Assembly: GCA_030704615.1 (NCBI GenBank)
Contig: CM060733.1
Location: 66,278,001-66,342,000, forward strand
Direction of reading: 5' to 3'
DNA length: 64,000 bases
Origin: Takakia lepidozioides
Lineage: Eukaryota; Plantae; Bryophyta
A model generated the notes under the pieces. The model saw nothing but the letters and a program-made list of their open reading frames with translations, had not been told where the DNA came from and did no database searches. Of the stretch, positions 1 to 12,700 are shown in pieces. Position 1 is the stretch's first letter. Each line of letters opens with the position of its first letter. The translations under genes were made by a program, and so were the position numbers.

Positions 1-9
1 TTCCATCGG

Positions 10-600
10 ATGGAAAAACGGCGCCGAATTTCCATCCGAGGCCGTTCGGATGAAGTCGTCTCGTGGGGAGAGGACGACACCTGCCCGACAGAGAACATCC
101 CCCGGATGGAAAAACGGCGCCGAATTTCCATACGAGGCCCGTCGGATGAAGTCGTCTCGGGAGAGGCCGACACCTGGCCGACAGAGAACCTCCCCCAGAT
201 GGAAAAACGGTGCCGAATTTCCATCCGAGGCCGTTCGGATGAAGTCGTCGCGGGGGGAGAGGCGGACACCTGGCCGACAGAGAACATCCATCGGATGGAA
301 AAATGGCGCCGAATTTCCATTCAAGGCCCGTTGGATGAAGTCGTCTCGGGGGGAGAGGCCGACACCTGGCCGACAGAGAACATCCCCCGGATGGAAAAAC
401 GGCGCTGAATTTCCAGACGAGGCCCGTCGAATGAAGTCGTCTCGGGGGGAGAGGCTGACATCTAGCCGACAGAGAACATCCCTCGGATGGAAAAACGGCG
501 CCGTATTTCCATCCAAGGCCGCACGGATGGAGTCGTCTCGGGGGGAGTGGCCGAAAGAGATCAACTGCAGGATGGAAAAACGACGCCGAATATCCATCAA
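10..600. repeat. Tandem array of ~96-bp units with quasi-palindromic core GATGGAAAAACGGCGCCGAATTTCCATC
   Basis: Units start at 10, 106, 199, 295, 391, 487; the overlapping ORFs are simply translated repeats. Confidence 0.95.
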
Positions 601-749
601 CAGACGCCCGTATCGACCCTTCATCAACAATTTTGATTCGTTTTTCGTGTTTTTTTGTCTAATCAGTCACTCAACTTAGAGTTTTGGCCTGCGGTCCACT
701 TTTTGGCACGTTATGCCCACCAATGTCGTCCGGTAGAGACAAATTTGGT

Positions 750-1100
750 GCCGGATTTCCATCCATGAGGTGGACCGACTTACTTGCAGGATGGAAATTC
801 GGCGCCGGTTTTCCATCCGGCCGCGCTCCCGCTTGCCTGCAGGATGGAAATTCGGCGTCGGTTTTCCATCTTGCAGCGCTCCGGTTTACTTGCAAGATGG
901 AAATTCGGCGCCGGTTTTCCATCCTGCAGCGCTCCGGTTTACCTGCAAGATGGAAATTCGGCGCCGGTTTTCCATCCGGCTGCTTCTGGATGAGAACGTC
1001 TCGGGCGGAGGGAAGGCCACGGTGTGTTCCACTTCATCCGCTGAATGGAAATTCTGCGCCGTTTTTTCCATCCAGCGGGCTGTTGATGAAGTCTCGGGGG
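750..1100. repeat. Array of 53-bp units carrying the same core in opposite orientation (GATGGAAATTCGGCGCCGGTTTTCCATC)
   Basis: ATGGAAATTCGGCG at 791, 844, 897, 950; reverse complement of the core in 10-600. Confidence 0.9.
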
Positions 1101-1323
1101 GAGGGTGGGCCAGGTGGCGCCTGTGGGCGACCTCCATACCTACATTTAAGGGCGCAGTTGTGCATTAAATGTCCTCTACCGTCTGTTTTGAACCGGACGT
1201 TCCACACGGATACCGCGCTTGCTTCCCGGATACACCTTCGACACCTGATGTGACGGGTGGATGAAGTTCCATTCGAGGCATGTACGCACGTATTCTGCGG
1301 GAATTTTTTTCTTTTATTCGGAC

Positions 1324-2012
1324 TTATGCCGCGTGGAGAAGGGCTTGGCTCTCTTGAGAGAAACCCCACATCCAGACCGCGTCGCAAACTAAAGCCTTTG
1401 TACTACGGGCGGCAATGCCGACCAGCCGAACGGCGACAAAGCGGCGCTCGCCCTCAAATGCCAACTTCTTGGCAGAGCCAGTCCCAGTCCGAACTGACTT
1501 GGGAACCCGGACGACCGGCGACTTGGTAGCAGCAGCAGCAGTCGCAGGACCTTGCACAAAGTCGTCGTCGGAGTCACTCCCTTGGGGCCCCTCCTGCGCC
1601 TCCTCTGGTGCCCCGGTGGTTTTCTGTTTTTTGGGGGTTACTTTACTCCCCTGTTTCCGTGTCCTTTTCATTTGTCCTTTATTCTCTCATTCAATTTCTC
1701 TTGAATACCTGCCTGAGCAAGCTTTGCCGCTTTCCTGGACTTGGCAAGCGCTTCCGCCTCCTTTGGACCCAGCGGAGGCAGCGGAGCCTGGTTTCGTCGG
1801 GCCTTCGCATCCAGCTTCAATTGGAACTCAGATGAGTCGAGCGAGCCGGGCGGAAGGTCCACATACCAAGGGCAGTCGCGCAAATGCTCCAAATGCCACT
1901 CCTTCACGATAACGTTAGTGTACATGGAGTCAGCTCCAGGGTTCCTCCATGCGAGGAAGAATGGCGGCTGGAAGGACAGATGACCTTTCTCCAACAGGGA
2001 GAACTTACAGTA
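1324..2012 (-). pseudogene. Probable exon fragment of a transposon-borne protein of unknown function (frameshift near 1670)
   Basis: Minus ORFs 1668-2048 and 1324-1671 abut and read like one charged protein (KEWHLEHLRDCPW...KKQKTT...DSDDDF); acceptor-like TTTTTTGAATGCAG precedes it. Confidence 0.35.
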
Positions 2013-2049
2013 CCTGCATTCAAAAAACACAGACAGAATCACATCCATT

Positions 2050-2490
2050 TTTCCAGACTGGGTCCAAAAATGGCTAAGTCCCAGATCTGACTGGGCCCGG
2101 AACTGGAAAAATGGCGCCGAATTTCCAGAATATGTGCCATCCGCCCCAGGGACTTAGCCATTTTTGAACCCTGTACTGGGAAAATGCGCCATTTTTCCAG
2201 TACAGGGTCCGAAAATGGCTAAGTCCCAGAAATGACTGGGCCCGGAACTGGAAAAATGGCGCCGAATTTCCAGAATATGTGCCATCCGCCCCAGGGACTT
2301 AGCCATTTTCGGACCCTGCACTGGAAAAATGGCGCCATTTTTCCAATTCAAGGTCCGAAAATGGCTAAGTCCTAGAACTGACTGGGCCCGGAACTGGAAA
2401 AATGGCGCCGAATTTCCAGACTGTGCCAGCCACCCCCGGGGCTTAGCCATCCGCTCCATGGCCGGAAACAGGAAATTTGGCGCCATTTTT
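2050..2490. repeat. Three ~145-bp fold-back units with core CTGGAAAAATGGCGCCGAATTTCCAG
   Basis: TGGCTAAGTCC at 2071, 2216, 2362; internal inverted GGCTAAGTCCC/GGGACTTAGCC. Confidence 0.9.
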
Positions 2491-2557
2491 CTAGGGCTTC
2501 ACAACTAATTTTCATGCGCCACATAAGGCAACTTACATCAACGCGCCTTCTGTACAG

Positions 2558-4021
2558 GTACATACGCGTTGCCTTTCTTTGATGCCCACCTGGAACAGGT
2601 TTACGGAGGACTACTAGAGAGCTGGGTTTGGGCTGGCGGGGATGCTCCTGGATGACGGTGGATGTATGGTGGTCCTTGCCACAAGAGGGAAGACCACAGA
2701 GAATGTTGTGGCAAGGTGGACACCAAAAAGTGTCACCCCGGTCCTCCTGAAAAAATGGTTCTGCATCAATACGCAGGGGTTGCGAACAGAGGGCCAGAGT
2801 GTAAGTTATCAATCTATTGCATTCACTTCATATTGTGGTGTATCTAAACTAGACCCTGGGGTGGATCCCTCTTTTGTTGGATGTGCAGACATTGGTGTTT
2901 GAGGCATATTGTTTTGTGAAGAGAGGGTCTACGTTCAAATTCCGCAATGACGGTCATCTTGTTGATGCCACTGTGGACCCTCTTACCTACGATGTCCTCT
3001 ACAACTGTGTGCCCCAATCCAGTATGCCGAAGGACACAAAGACAGGCAAACCGTGGCAGTACAGCCGGACCCAGAGCCTTGCTTTCATCCAAACCCTCAT
3101 GGAGACGTGCTCGGATGTCCAAGGGCGGATTCTTGACCTCACATGTGGCATGGGTAAGCCTTCACGTGCACATTTTGTCCCCTGACCCGATTGCAATTGC
3201 ATGCCGCATGCTACTAACCACCCGCTTTGTCCCTCATGTGCTTCAATGTGGGCAGGGACATTGTCCGATAGGCATGTCTTTGCCTTCGAGCCAGATATTG
3301 CCCTCCACAACTCTGAACTTGCAGCGGCTGAACGTCTGCCGAAAGAGGAAGAGGCATCCTCGGAGGATGAGGAAGAATCCGAGAAGGAGGTGGGGGAGGT
3401 ACAAGTTGGGATCGAGGTCGATGAGCCCCCGATTTACGCGTGAGTGGTCACATTGTAAGTTGCCTCTTGATTTTGTGAGGCACCTCCCTTCGCTCTCTTA
3501 TTTCATTGAAAGACCCTTTTTGGCTTCTGCTGGTATTGACATTCTTAAAGTGGATTTGTTCTTACTGCAGGATGCCAAGTACTGCAAGAGGGACGTCTAC
3601 ACCGCAGTTCATGGGCAGGAGGAACATGCTTTTTTTTGCCAGGGGGGGTTTCATGTCGAGTCCAGAAAGAGACTACATCCTTCCTACTTATGTTGCCCGG
3701 CTTGCTTCGGTGTCCATTAGGAGGTCTTCCGAACCTAGTCGTGTACAACAGATTTTAGACGAGGCAAGCCTCAAGAAAATGAAGATGAGGGAGGAGGCAG
3801 CAGCTATTAGAGCCCGTCAGGCTCGTAGATTTGTCTTGGATTCTGCTGAGGAAAGTGGGGGAGAAGAGGCAGAAGATTCCCAGGAGGTGAGGTGGACAGT
3901 CCCCCAAGGAGAAGACGGAATTTTTGAGAGGCATAGTGGAACTGATGCATCACAGAGCTCGGAGGATGGGGGGGATGAGGGGGATGAGGAGGAAGTGGGG
4001 CAAGTTCCTTGGAGGGTGTAA
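2558..4021 (+). pseudogene. Spliced beta-class amino (N4C/N6A) DNA methyltransferase-like pseudogene, 5' part missing
   Basis: Frame-consistent exons 2558-2800, 2889-3153, 3238-3439, 3571-4021 give PTWNRFTEDY*...LLDDGGCMVV / FEAYCFVK...DVL / SLAFIQTLMETCSDVQGRILDLTCGMG-ASMWAGTLSDRHVFAFEPD, matching the N6_N4_Mtase motif order with C-terminal SAM motif I; TAG at 2615 and mutated acceptor (CAT at 3235-3237). Confidence 0.7.
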
Positions 4022-4191
4022 GAGAGTAGTGCCCATTCCGGCTATGACAGTTAGGACACACTTGTATAGATGTGGCTTGCCACAAAATTTGCAATAAAAT
4101 GTTGCATTTCATTGCTATGACGAGTCCACTGGTGCCACATTCCAACTTCACATGACCCTATTTCCGTGCCTCCTAACCCTATTTCCGTGGA

Positions 4192-4253
4192 CACACAATG
4201 GTCCGCTCATGCTTTTTTTTTTCCCTCTCATGCTCATGCCGCTCATGAAATAG
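4192..4253 (+). mobile_element. Putative DNA-transposon terminus (...GCTCATG repeats...GCTCATGAAATAG)
   Basis: Same GCTCATG-rich end and last 13 nt at 27890-27902; LTR sequence starts abruptly at 4254. Confidence 0.55.
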
Positions 4254-4530
4254 CAGCCCCCTCAGAAGTGACCCCCTCCATGTTGCTACTCTGCCTATTC
4301 TACCTGCAAGCTGTTCTAACCGCCTAACTAACTAACTGTCATCCAAGATAGAATGCACGTTCCCTCTGCAGAAGTTGTTCCCACACAGTTGTTCCCTGCC
4401 AATGATATCCGTTCCTTGTGAACGTTGTGATTAGCTGTGTCAGGCTGTGACTGTGTCGAGCTGTGACTGGCCGTGTCAGACTGTGACTAGCTGTGTCGGG
4501 CTGTGATAGACTGTGATAGGCTGTGACTGA
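4254..4530 (-). mobile_element. Inverted internal fragment of an Athila/Tat-like family LTR
   Basis: Reverse complement of LTR segment ~9100-9305 (GATGACAGTTAGTTAGTTAGG, CTGCAGAGGGAACGTGCATTC, CACAGC repeats). Confidence 0.85.
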
Positions 4531-5290
4531 CTGTGACAGGTGGACGCGGGTTAACGTCAGAAAAGTGGCCGGTGAGTGTAAAGGCAGCTTGGAAGTTAAA
4601 CTCGGAGAATATGCCACGCGGACAGAGAGAGACGGGAGAGAGTTTGAATTCAAACACGTGGCCTAAGGGGCAGAGCGCTCCGCATTGCATGTACTGCAGT
4701 AGCGGGCGCCATTATGCAAGAAGACAAACAAGGCCGTCAAAGTACCTACCCGGTACATCAACCGAAACTAATTACGGGCCCATTAATGCATCCAAGGGAC
4801 AGGTAACAGAACCCTTTATGCGTCCGGCAAAGAGGGACCTTTGCCACATGTGCAGTCCTAGTGGGCATTCCAACTTGGAATGTGAACAGATGAGGGTAAA
4901 ATTGAGAAATTACCCATTGAGGCAACGACCAATCAGGAACGTGAATTTTATGCAAGTGGTTCCATTCAAGAAACAAGAACAAGAAATTAAAAAAGTTATG
5001 AGCGGAAGAGTAGGGGTTGTTCGGGATAACCAGCTTCTCGACGGGAGGGGCAATCAAAGCTATAGTTTTGTAGCTATGGTGGATATCACAGACTATACGC
5101 TAGCTCTACTTCTTACGCAGTGGCGCAAGGACGGACGGGTTGAAAGTACATTCTCTCTCACTCACTATTTGCAAGCCCCACAGGCTTACACTCACTTACC
5201 TGTTCCATTCTATGCCAACCATACTTTCATGCTTTACGCCCTGCAAGCTTTCTACAGCTATTCCAAACAAGGCCTTCTTGTTTGTCCGGG

Positions 5291-8200
5291 ATGAAGAGAA
5301 TTAGAGGGATGGAGGATCTCAGGGTGAAGAGCACGACGATTCTACAGAAGCAGACAATCGCTACACCACAGACAGTGCAGCTGCTGAAGGAGCTGCAATT
5401 GGAGGGGTTGCTATGCAAAGAGTGGTCTTTGCATCATCGGGGGTTGATGATCCAATTCATCCAGAACTTTGAGCCTCAGACATGAGTTACCCAGGTGAAG
5501 GGAGTGGATATAGAGGTTACTCCGCAGTACTTGCAACAACTGTTTGAATTGTCATCTAGTAATGTGAACAAGGATGAGCACAGGGCAAGATTGCAAATAT
5601 GGGATCTGTTCCAAGAAACGAGTTTCTTCAGGACCCAGGGATACACCTGCACCAAGGCCGAGTATCCAGGGTTAAGGGAAGTTGGCCAAATACTGAACGT
5701 TCTGTTTGCCATGAAACAGAACCAACAGTATCTTAGCAGATCTTTCACGGAGGAGGTACTGAAAGCCTTGAGATGAGAGGATGTAGCTTGGGCGGAGATG
5801 ATGTACAATGGTCTGGTGGAGGAGATGAAGTGGTTACAAAATACTACTGCTAAGTCCCCGATCATTGTGTCTGGCCCAATAATTGCGCAAATTATCTTTG
5901 ACTGTTGGTTGCTTGATGCGCGAGAACGCAAGGTGATGGGTGTGTTTGAGACAGCCACAACTGCAGTTGAGGAGCAGGGCTCTTCACAAGGTGAAGGGGG
6001 ATTGGAGGGGTAGCACCAGTCCAAGAGACAGAAGCGGGATGCGACTGTTGTGGTAGATCCACTAGCTACAAGGAAACCACAAGATGATGTTTCCATAGCT
6101 CTTGTGCAGGATGAGGAGCAGCAGCACAGGGGGTTGTTATTGCTGGAAGCACGGCCTTTGGAGAGGGAAGAAGAAGTTACCTCAGTACCACAGCCACCAC
6201 AGCCAGTTGACCCGATTGCCCCAAAGGTAACTCAGATTATACATGCTGTCACACCGGAGCCTCTTGCTATGGAAGGAGAAGGGTTGGACATCCCCACTAC
6301 AGAGCAGGTAGTGGCAGAAATTGAGAAGGGTGACCTTCTCTATGAAAACTCTGGCATGGTCGGAGAACCAATAGTACCAAAGATGCAGAGTCTGCCCAAG
6401 GAAATCCCTGCTGTGCAGGTTATGCCCAAACCTGTGGCGGAGGTTAACGGGGTAAAGGGCAAGGGAACTGCAGCACCTGTGGAGGATGAGGTTGCTCAGG
6501 AAGAAGATCCTGTGGGATCATGGACTGACTGGTTTGTGAAACATCAAACTGTGGAGGATCAGGGAGAACAACAACAAGTTCTCCATGAAGACCCACATCA
6601 GGCCATGCTTATGAGTTCCATAAGCATGACACTTAATTTGTTGGGCACCTATGTAAAGTCCCATGTTCCTTCCACACAATTGGCAGCATTGAGAGAGGAG
6701 CTCAAGCAAGAGTTTGAGGCAAGAATTGCCACTGAGTGTGCAAATAAAGTGGATGTGGAGGCCAACCTTAAGTTGCAGAAAGAGTTGGAGGACACTCAAT
6801 CTGCTCTACAGCTTGCGAAGGAAAACTTGATTGAAGCAGGTCTGGAGTAGGAGAAGTTGCATGAAGTACACAAGCAACAGCTATACCAGTTGCAGGTGAA
6901 GCATGAGGAAAAATTGCAGGAAGTGAAGTTGCTTCATACAGAGTTGGAGGCAGTTCATCAGAAAATGACCATCCAATGTGCCACACTAACAACTACTCTG
7001 GAGCTGACTGCATTAAAAGTTAAGAATCAAGCTGAGAGATGTGTAATGGTGGAGGCTGAGTCAGTGGAGCAGGCAAAGCTCATTGCTGACTTGAAGGCTA
7101 CTATCCATTGCAATGAAGATACCTTTCAACAGTACAGTCAGGTTGAAGCTCAGAAGGACAGGTACATCCTTGAGTTGCAGCAAACACTCACAACACGAAA
7201 GAATGAGCTTTCGGTGACTAACAAGGCCTGGAAGGAAGCTAATAATCTGTCTGCTGCCTATGCAACTCTGGTTGAACCTCATGCAAAGTGCATGGAGAGT
7301 TTACAGCAGCAGTTGCAAACATATAGACTCAAGGAGGAGCAGAATCTCCGTGGTGCTACACAGGACTTGGTAGATAATCATCTTTTGCAAGAATGGTTAA
7401 CACAAGGGTCAGTGGAAGGGAAGGCACCAAGAAAGCTCACCCAAGATGAGATGAATGATCTCAAGCTACAGGTGCAGAACATTGCCACAACCACTATAGA
7501 TAATGTCTATAGTCGGATAGCTGAGTTGCAGGACGATATAGAGGGGCTGCAGACTCAAGTGGATGACTTGAGCTCCAACGTTGACGAAAGGGCCTTTGTT
7601 CTTGAGGAACAACTCATGGCTATTTATCTGCACGTCAGGACTCTGATTCTCCAATCTTCATCGCAGGAGGTGCAGGACTTGCCAACAACAGGAGGGACAG
7701 TGGCGCTAATATCACAGCAACCACAGCAGGTTGACACTGTTGATACCATGGCACTGCAACAATCTGAGGTTTGGGGGGATGCTTCTTTTAACCCACCTAA
7801 GACTCCTGCTGCATTTGAGTACAATCGGGCTATGATTATGTCCTTCAACCAAATTCCCATTGTTATGGATTCGGCTTGGAAAGAATTCAGTCCTCCAGAG
7901 TCTTTGGCACACTATTACCAGATCATGCGCATTTGGTTGCCAGTGGCAACTCAGACTAAGGTTCTTCCGACTAACCAACCCATTGAAGATCACCATTTTG
8001 CGAGGTACTGGTCTGAGGCAGGCACCATGCTGAAGGAATTAATTGCCTTCCAGATTGTTCATGGGTACATCTACACCAAGACCAATGAGGTACCTAGTTT
8101 GGTCATGGGTTGTGGACTATACTATGCTGCTTGTTTCATTTCACGCTATCACGTTGAGCATCAAAAGATGCAGATGCAATTCCAGACTTATTCCAAGTCT

Positions 8201-8845
8201 GAGGATCATTGGGTGTTACCTTCAGTTCCATCCCATACATATCTGTATGATGTGAAGATCAAGCTGCAGAAGGATCCCCAACTTTGTTTCTGGTTCAATT
8301 TTGCTTTGGACAACTTGGCCAAAGAAAACTTGGGTCTTGACCACATTTTTTCTAAGGGACATGAAGCCAGGAAATGGTTACACTGTTCTAATGTCATTGG
8401 CACACCCCTCACCTATACAGACAAGGAGCTGCGGGAGTACACTAATTTTGCTCGCAAGAGATTGATGCAAGTTTTAAAGTTTAACCTTCCAGACATGGTG
8501 GGCAAACACTGTATGCCACGCAGGATTCCTGAGACGCCACAGAAGGTCAGAGCACCAAAAGGCCACCGGGGGGAAGATGATTATGATACTATTGGTTCTA
8601 TGGAGGAACCTTTTGACATGGCTGAGGACTATGCAATACAAATGGCAGAGAAGAAACGACGGGGATCTCCTATGCCTGAGAAGTTACCTCCTTATCAGCC
8701 AAAGGAAGGGTAGTCATTTCCATTTGGTGGGCAGTCATCTCCACCAGCCAGCGACAGGGCTCGGGCTCGCACACAGAGCCCTCCACGGGACTTTCACCGA
8801 CAGAAGGGTCCTCGTTCACAAAGGTTTGCTGATCCTAAACAGTAA
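5291..8845 (+). pseudogene. 3' extra ORF (1184 codons; Athila-ORF1/Transposase_32-like N-terminus plus coiled coil), 5 in-frame stops
   Basis: ORFs 5282, 5495, 5798, 6050, 6857 share one frame; motifs FIQNF...VKGVDIEVTPQYLQQLFEL and VAWAEMMY...SGPIIAQII; homologous to 23207-26761. Confidence 0.75.
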
Positions 8846-8883
8846 ACCGTGAGGACACGACTTTTTGAGAGGGAGAGGGATAA

Positions 8884-9778
8884 TGTTAGAGGGTTGTCTG
8901 GGACTTAGACAATTTTATGGGTTTTGTGGGGTACCATTTATTTTTTGCGCAGACTTATGGATGGTAGACTTAGACCAACATAGGCCTTAGGGGTGGTAGA
9001 CAGGCTTACACAGTCGGACACAGCTTGTCACAGCCTGACACAGCCTTATACAGTCGGACACAGCTTGTCATAGCCTTATATAGCCTTACACAGCCTATCA
9101 CAGCCCATCACAGTCTATCACAGCCCGACACAGCCAGTCACAGCCCGACACAGTTTGGCACAACCCATCACAGTATTCACAGGGAACGGTTATTAGCGGC
9201 ATGGAACGACTGTGTGGGAACAACATCTGCAGAGGGAACGTGCATTCTATCTAGATGACAGTTAGTTAGTTAGGCAGAGTAGCAACAGGGAGGGACACTT
9301 CTGGGATCACGACTTGGTCATCAGGGAGAAAATGACGATCTGGAGTTGAGGGATGGAGAGCGCAGTGGAGGAGGAGACACGAATTGTTGATGCTTGATTC
9401 ATGCAAGCTGTAGAGTTGTACTGTAGAGCAGATTAGAGACACCATGGCTTCGGCCTGATACTTGATAGATATTAATCTGATACATATTCCATACTTACAC
9501 TGTGTAGAGAGACCTGAATGAAGCTGTGGAATGAATGGATGAGTGGTTGGAACCTGGTAGATTGCTGAAGCAATTTGATACTTAGACATAGACAATAAGT
9601 TAACTTGCTAATATGAATGTGAGAAGGAATACTAATAGGAAGCACCCCCATGATACACTACCTGTAGGTCATGACTGATTGTTCTGAGCGGGCTGAGTGC
9701 TTAGAGATATCCAACTCTTCTATCTTGGAGTTTCCACCACGCATAGCGAAGGGATGGGTGAGTAAAAGCCGCTTGACA
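8884..9778 (+). repeat. 3' LTR of copy A (TG...CA) with CACAGC microsatellite
   Basis: TGTTAGAGGG...GCCGCTTGACA; similar to 17168-18166. Confidence 0.9.
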
Positions 9779-12700
9779 GTAGTAGGGGGTGGTTTGAAGG
9801 ATGATGTAATCTCGGACTCGGCCTCATCATCCTCCAAATTGGAGGCCCAGCGTAGCTTGCATTCCTCGGACGAGTACACCTATGACTCAGGTGATGAGGC
9901 ATGAGGGATGGTTCCCAGTTAGAGACATGTACAGGTAGTACTCGTTTTATGTATATATATTTTCAGTTGCCATTTCGATCCTCATTCTAACCTTGATGGA
10001 CATGTGGATTTGGTGGGTCGACCTATAGATTAGAATGCATGTAATTCTTGCAAGCACAAGGCACACCCCAACCCCCAAGAAAACCCCATACCTAACCCCC
10101 CCCCCCAAAAAAAAACCCCAAAACCCCACCCCAAATACCAGCTGGCTACCCTCCCACCCACCCCCCCCCAGCGACGCCTTTGTGACGTCCCGGGGCGACC
10201 AGCGATGCTCTACCGATTCTTGGGCGTCGCAACAGAACCACCCCATCGTAGAGCTAGCGACGCCGCCCAGGGGCGGTGACGTTGGTGCGACTCCCGGGAG
10301 TCGCATAAGAATGTGCCCTCCCCTGGAGCTAGTGACGTCCCTGGGGGGCTGCGACGTCTATGCGATTCCCGGGCGATCCCACCACCAAACCCCTGGTATG
10401 GCAGGCCCTTGCAAAGAGAGAATGAGTGATGAGGGGGAAAAAAAAGGGGGGGGGGGGGGGGGGGGGGCGGGGGGGGGGTTGACTGTGTAGCAGCTGCTCA
10501 ACACCCCCCCCCCCCCCCCAATTTTTTTTTTTTTTTTTTTCTCTCATCTCTCTTTATCTGTCCCTCTGTCCCTCTTTTCCCTCATCTCTCCCTCTCTCTC
10601 CCTCTGTCCCATGAAGATGTGGAGAGAGAGGGAGAGAGAGGGACTGTTGAGGGAAAAAAAAAACAATGGGGGCGGGGGGGGGGGTGTGACTAAGCAGCAG
10701 CTGCTGCTCAGTCACTCCCCCAATCCCCCAATCCCCCACCATTTTTTTAATTTATTTTTTCCCTCAACAGTCTCTCTCTCTCTCTCTCCCTCTCTACTGG
10801 GAATTGGCAGTTTGCTATCAGTGTTGACTTCTTGTTTTCTCATCTTCTATCAGGCTTTTTCATCCATACCGGATGAGCCACCAGGATGGACACTGAATTA
10901 CCTCTAGGATGGTTCTTTTGGCCTTTTCATTCCTCCTTTATTGACTCTCATCCATACCGGATGAGTCACCATGGAAGAAAAGAATTACCTCTATGGAGGT
11001 TGCCAACAACATCCTGTTTTTCCATCCGTACCGGATGAAAAACTACCAGGGTGATAATTTTTCATTCCTCTTTTATTGACTCTTTTTTATCCATACCGGA
11101 TGGTCTGGTGAGGAATGATAGAATTACCTAGATGGAGGTAAGGCGCTGCCACGGATGATATTCCCTACTTTTTCATCCTGACACAAGTGATCTGTCTATG
11201 GATGATATGATTATGGCCTGGAATTGATCTAAACTATCCCTAATTATTAATTACGGTGGAAACCCTAACCCCTACCCCAAAACCTATTTTTAACCTTGCT
11301 GCGGATGAAATCCGTCAGGGTATACGGATTCGTCCTACTGTTTTTCATCCACGGATGAATAATCGGGGGACAACCCTATGTCGTCTCTCCCGCTGTCAGA
11401 AGCACGCGATGTGCTTCTGAGCTCGCGAGGAGAGTGTTATGCTTCGGTGGCTGCCCCGTTTGTGGTGTCGTACCCATGCTGGACGAGCGCCTGGGGGGGT
11501 GCGAAGGCGGCGCCTTGTCTCTCTTGCAGCGGGAAACACCGCTTTGAATGCAGTGGCATCTTCCCTCCTCTGGCTTTTTCTGTGCTTAGCAAGGATACTT
11601 ATGATGGGAAGTTCTCCCCCTCCTTTCTAGTGCTTTGCAATTGTGCATGCTTTGCTTCATTGCTTATGTGCTTTGTGGAGGCGGCTTGCTGTGGGTGGTG
11701 ATGGCGCATAACCCTCTTCCCCAATCGCTTAAGGTGCCTTTGGAGTTTAGGGATTCTCATGTTCTTATCTCTTTCTCTTGCTTTTGAGTTTCCTAGTTGA
11801 CATATATGACAAGTGTGAGGGTCTGTGATTCACTTGGGGTTCCACAATTCTCACTAACCTGTTGGTTTTTGTGGGGGCTTGTGATGGGACCAGGTGAGGA
11901 CCCTCACCTACTTCGAAGTTTCTTGAGCATGCAGATTGGGATATGGGCTGAGGAGACCTATGGGTTTATGCGCTGTGAGGTGGCTGCTGCCTGTAGCCCC
12001 GATTTCAACCCGACTGCCCCTAGCTTGACATGCTACAGCCTGCGTTCTGGCCTTTGTCGTTCTGCCGCCGATGCGCAGCTCGGCCTGACTGGCCTGTTTC
12101 CTGAGGCTTGCATACAAACCATTCTCTACCTTTTGATCTTTGACAGCAAAGCCTGTGGATTATTAAGCTAGGTTGTAAGTTCTTTTGGCCAAAGAGGATC
12201 TGGTTTTTGGTGGTATGTTTTTGGCGGTTTTGGGTGACTATGGACCTGAGGGCCTTGAAGTTTATGGCGGCAGCCTGGTAGGGTACTGCCCTGCTCTTTT
12301 TCAGGCCTGCTTCTGATGTGTACTGGATCATAGTAAGGTGTTCTTTGCATGTCTTAGCATGGAACTCTTGAAGGATGAGGATGGTAAGCTGCAATGGGAT
12401 CCTACCTATAGTTTTGGCTCTGTCATGACATCAAGCCTATGACCTGCAATCTGGTTTTTTATATACAAAAGAGGCTGGATCTCGACTATTCATGCTGCTT
12501 GTTTGTACAAGTCTTGAACCTGCAATTTGACAAGCTGCATTCACATTCCCTTGATACCTTGTATGATCACATGTCTCGGGGTGAATACAAATGATATGGA
12601 ATCTATTTCATCTTGCTCAAGTTGAACTGCTTGGTGGCATACTGAGATTCTGACAAACTGCAGGCTGGTCCTTATGCCTTGGCTGATGCATGACCTGCCA

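Larger units (their letters stand above)
4531..9778 (+). mobile_element. 5'-truncated Ty3/Gypsy (Athila/Tat-like) LTR retrotransposon, copy A
   Basis: Colinear with 22503-27810; PPT GAGAGGGAGAGGGA before LTR 8884-9778. Confidence 0.9.

Noticed and set aside
10-1100. CRISPR-like array of palindromic repeats
   Set aside because: Spacers are near-identical rather than unique, there are no cas genes and the context is eukaryotic; these are tandem repeats
10-1253. ORFs of 130-209 aa with repeated peptides
   Set aside because: Open in several frames on both strands because of the repeat units; no sign of real coding
10035-10800. ORFs with poly-Gly/Pro/Lys and possible G-quadruplexes
   Set aside because: Homopolymer and GA microsatellite tracts within the CACTA arm; lengths unreliable
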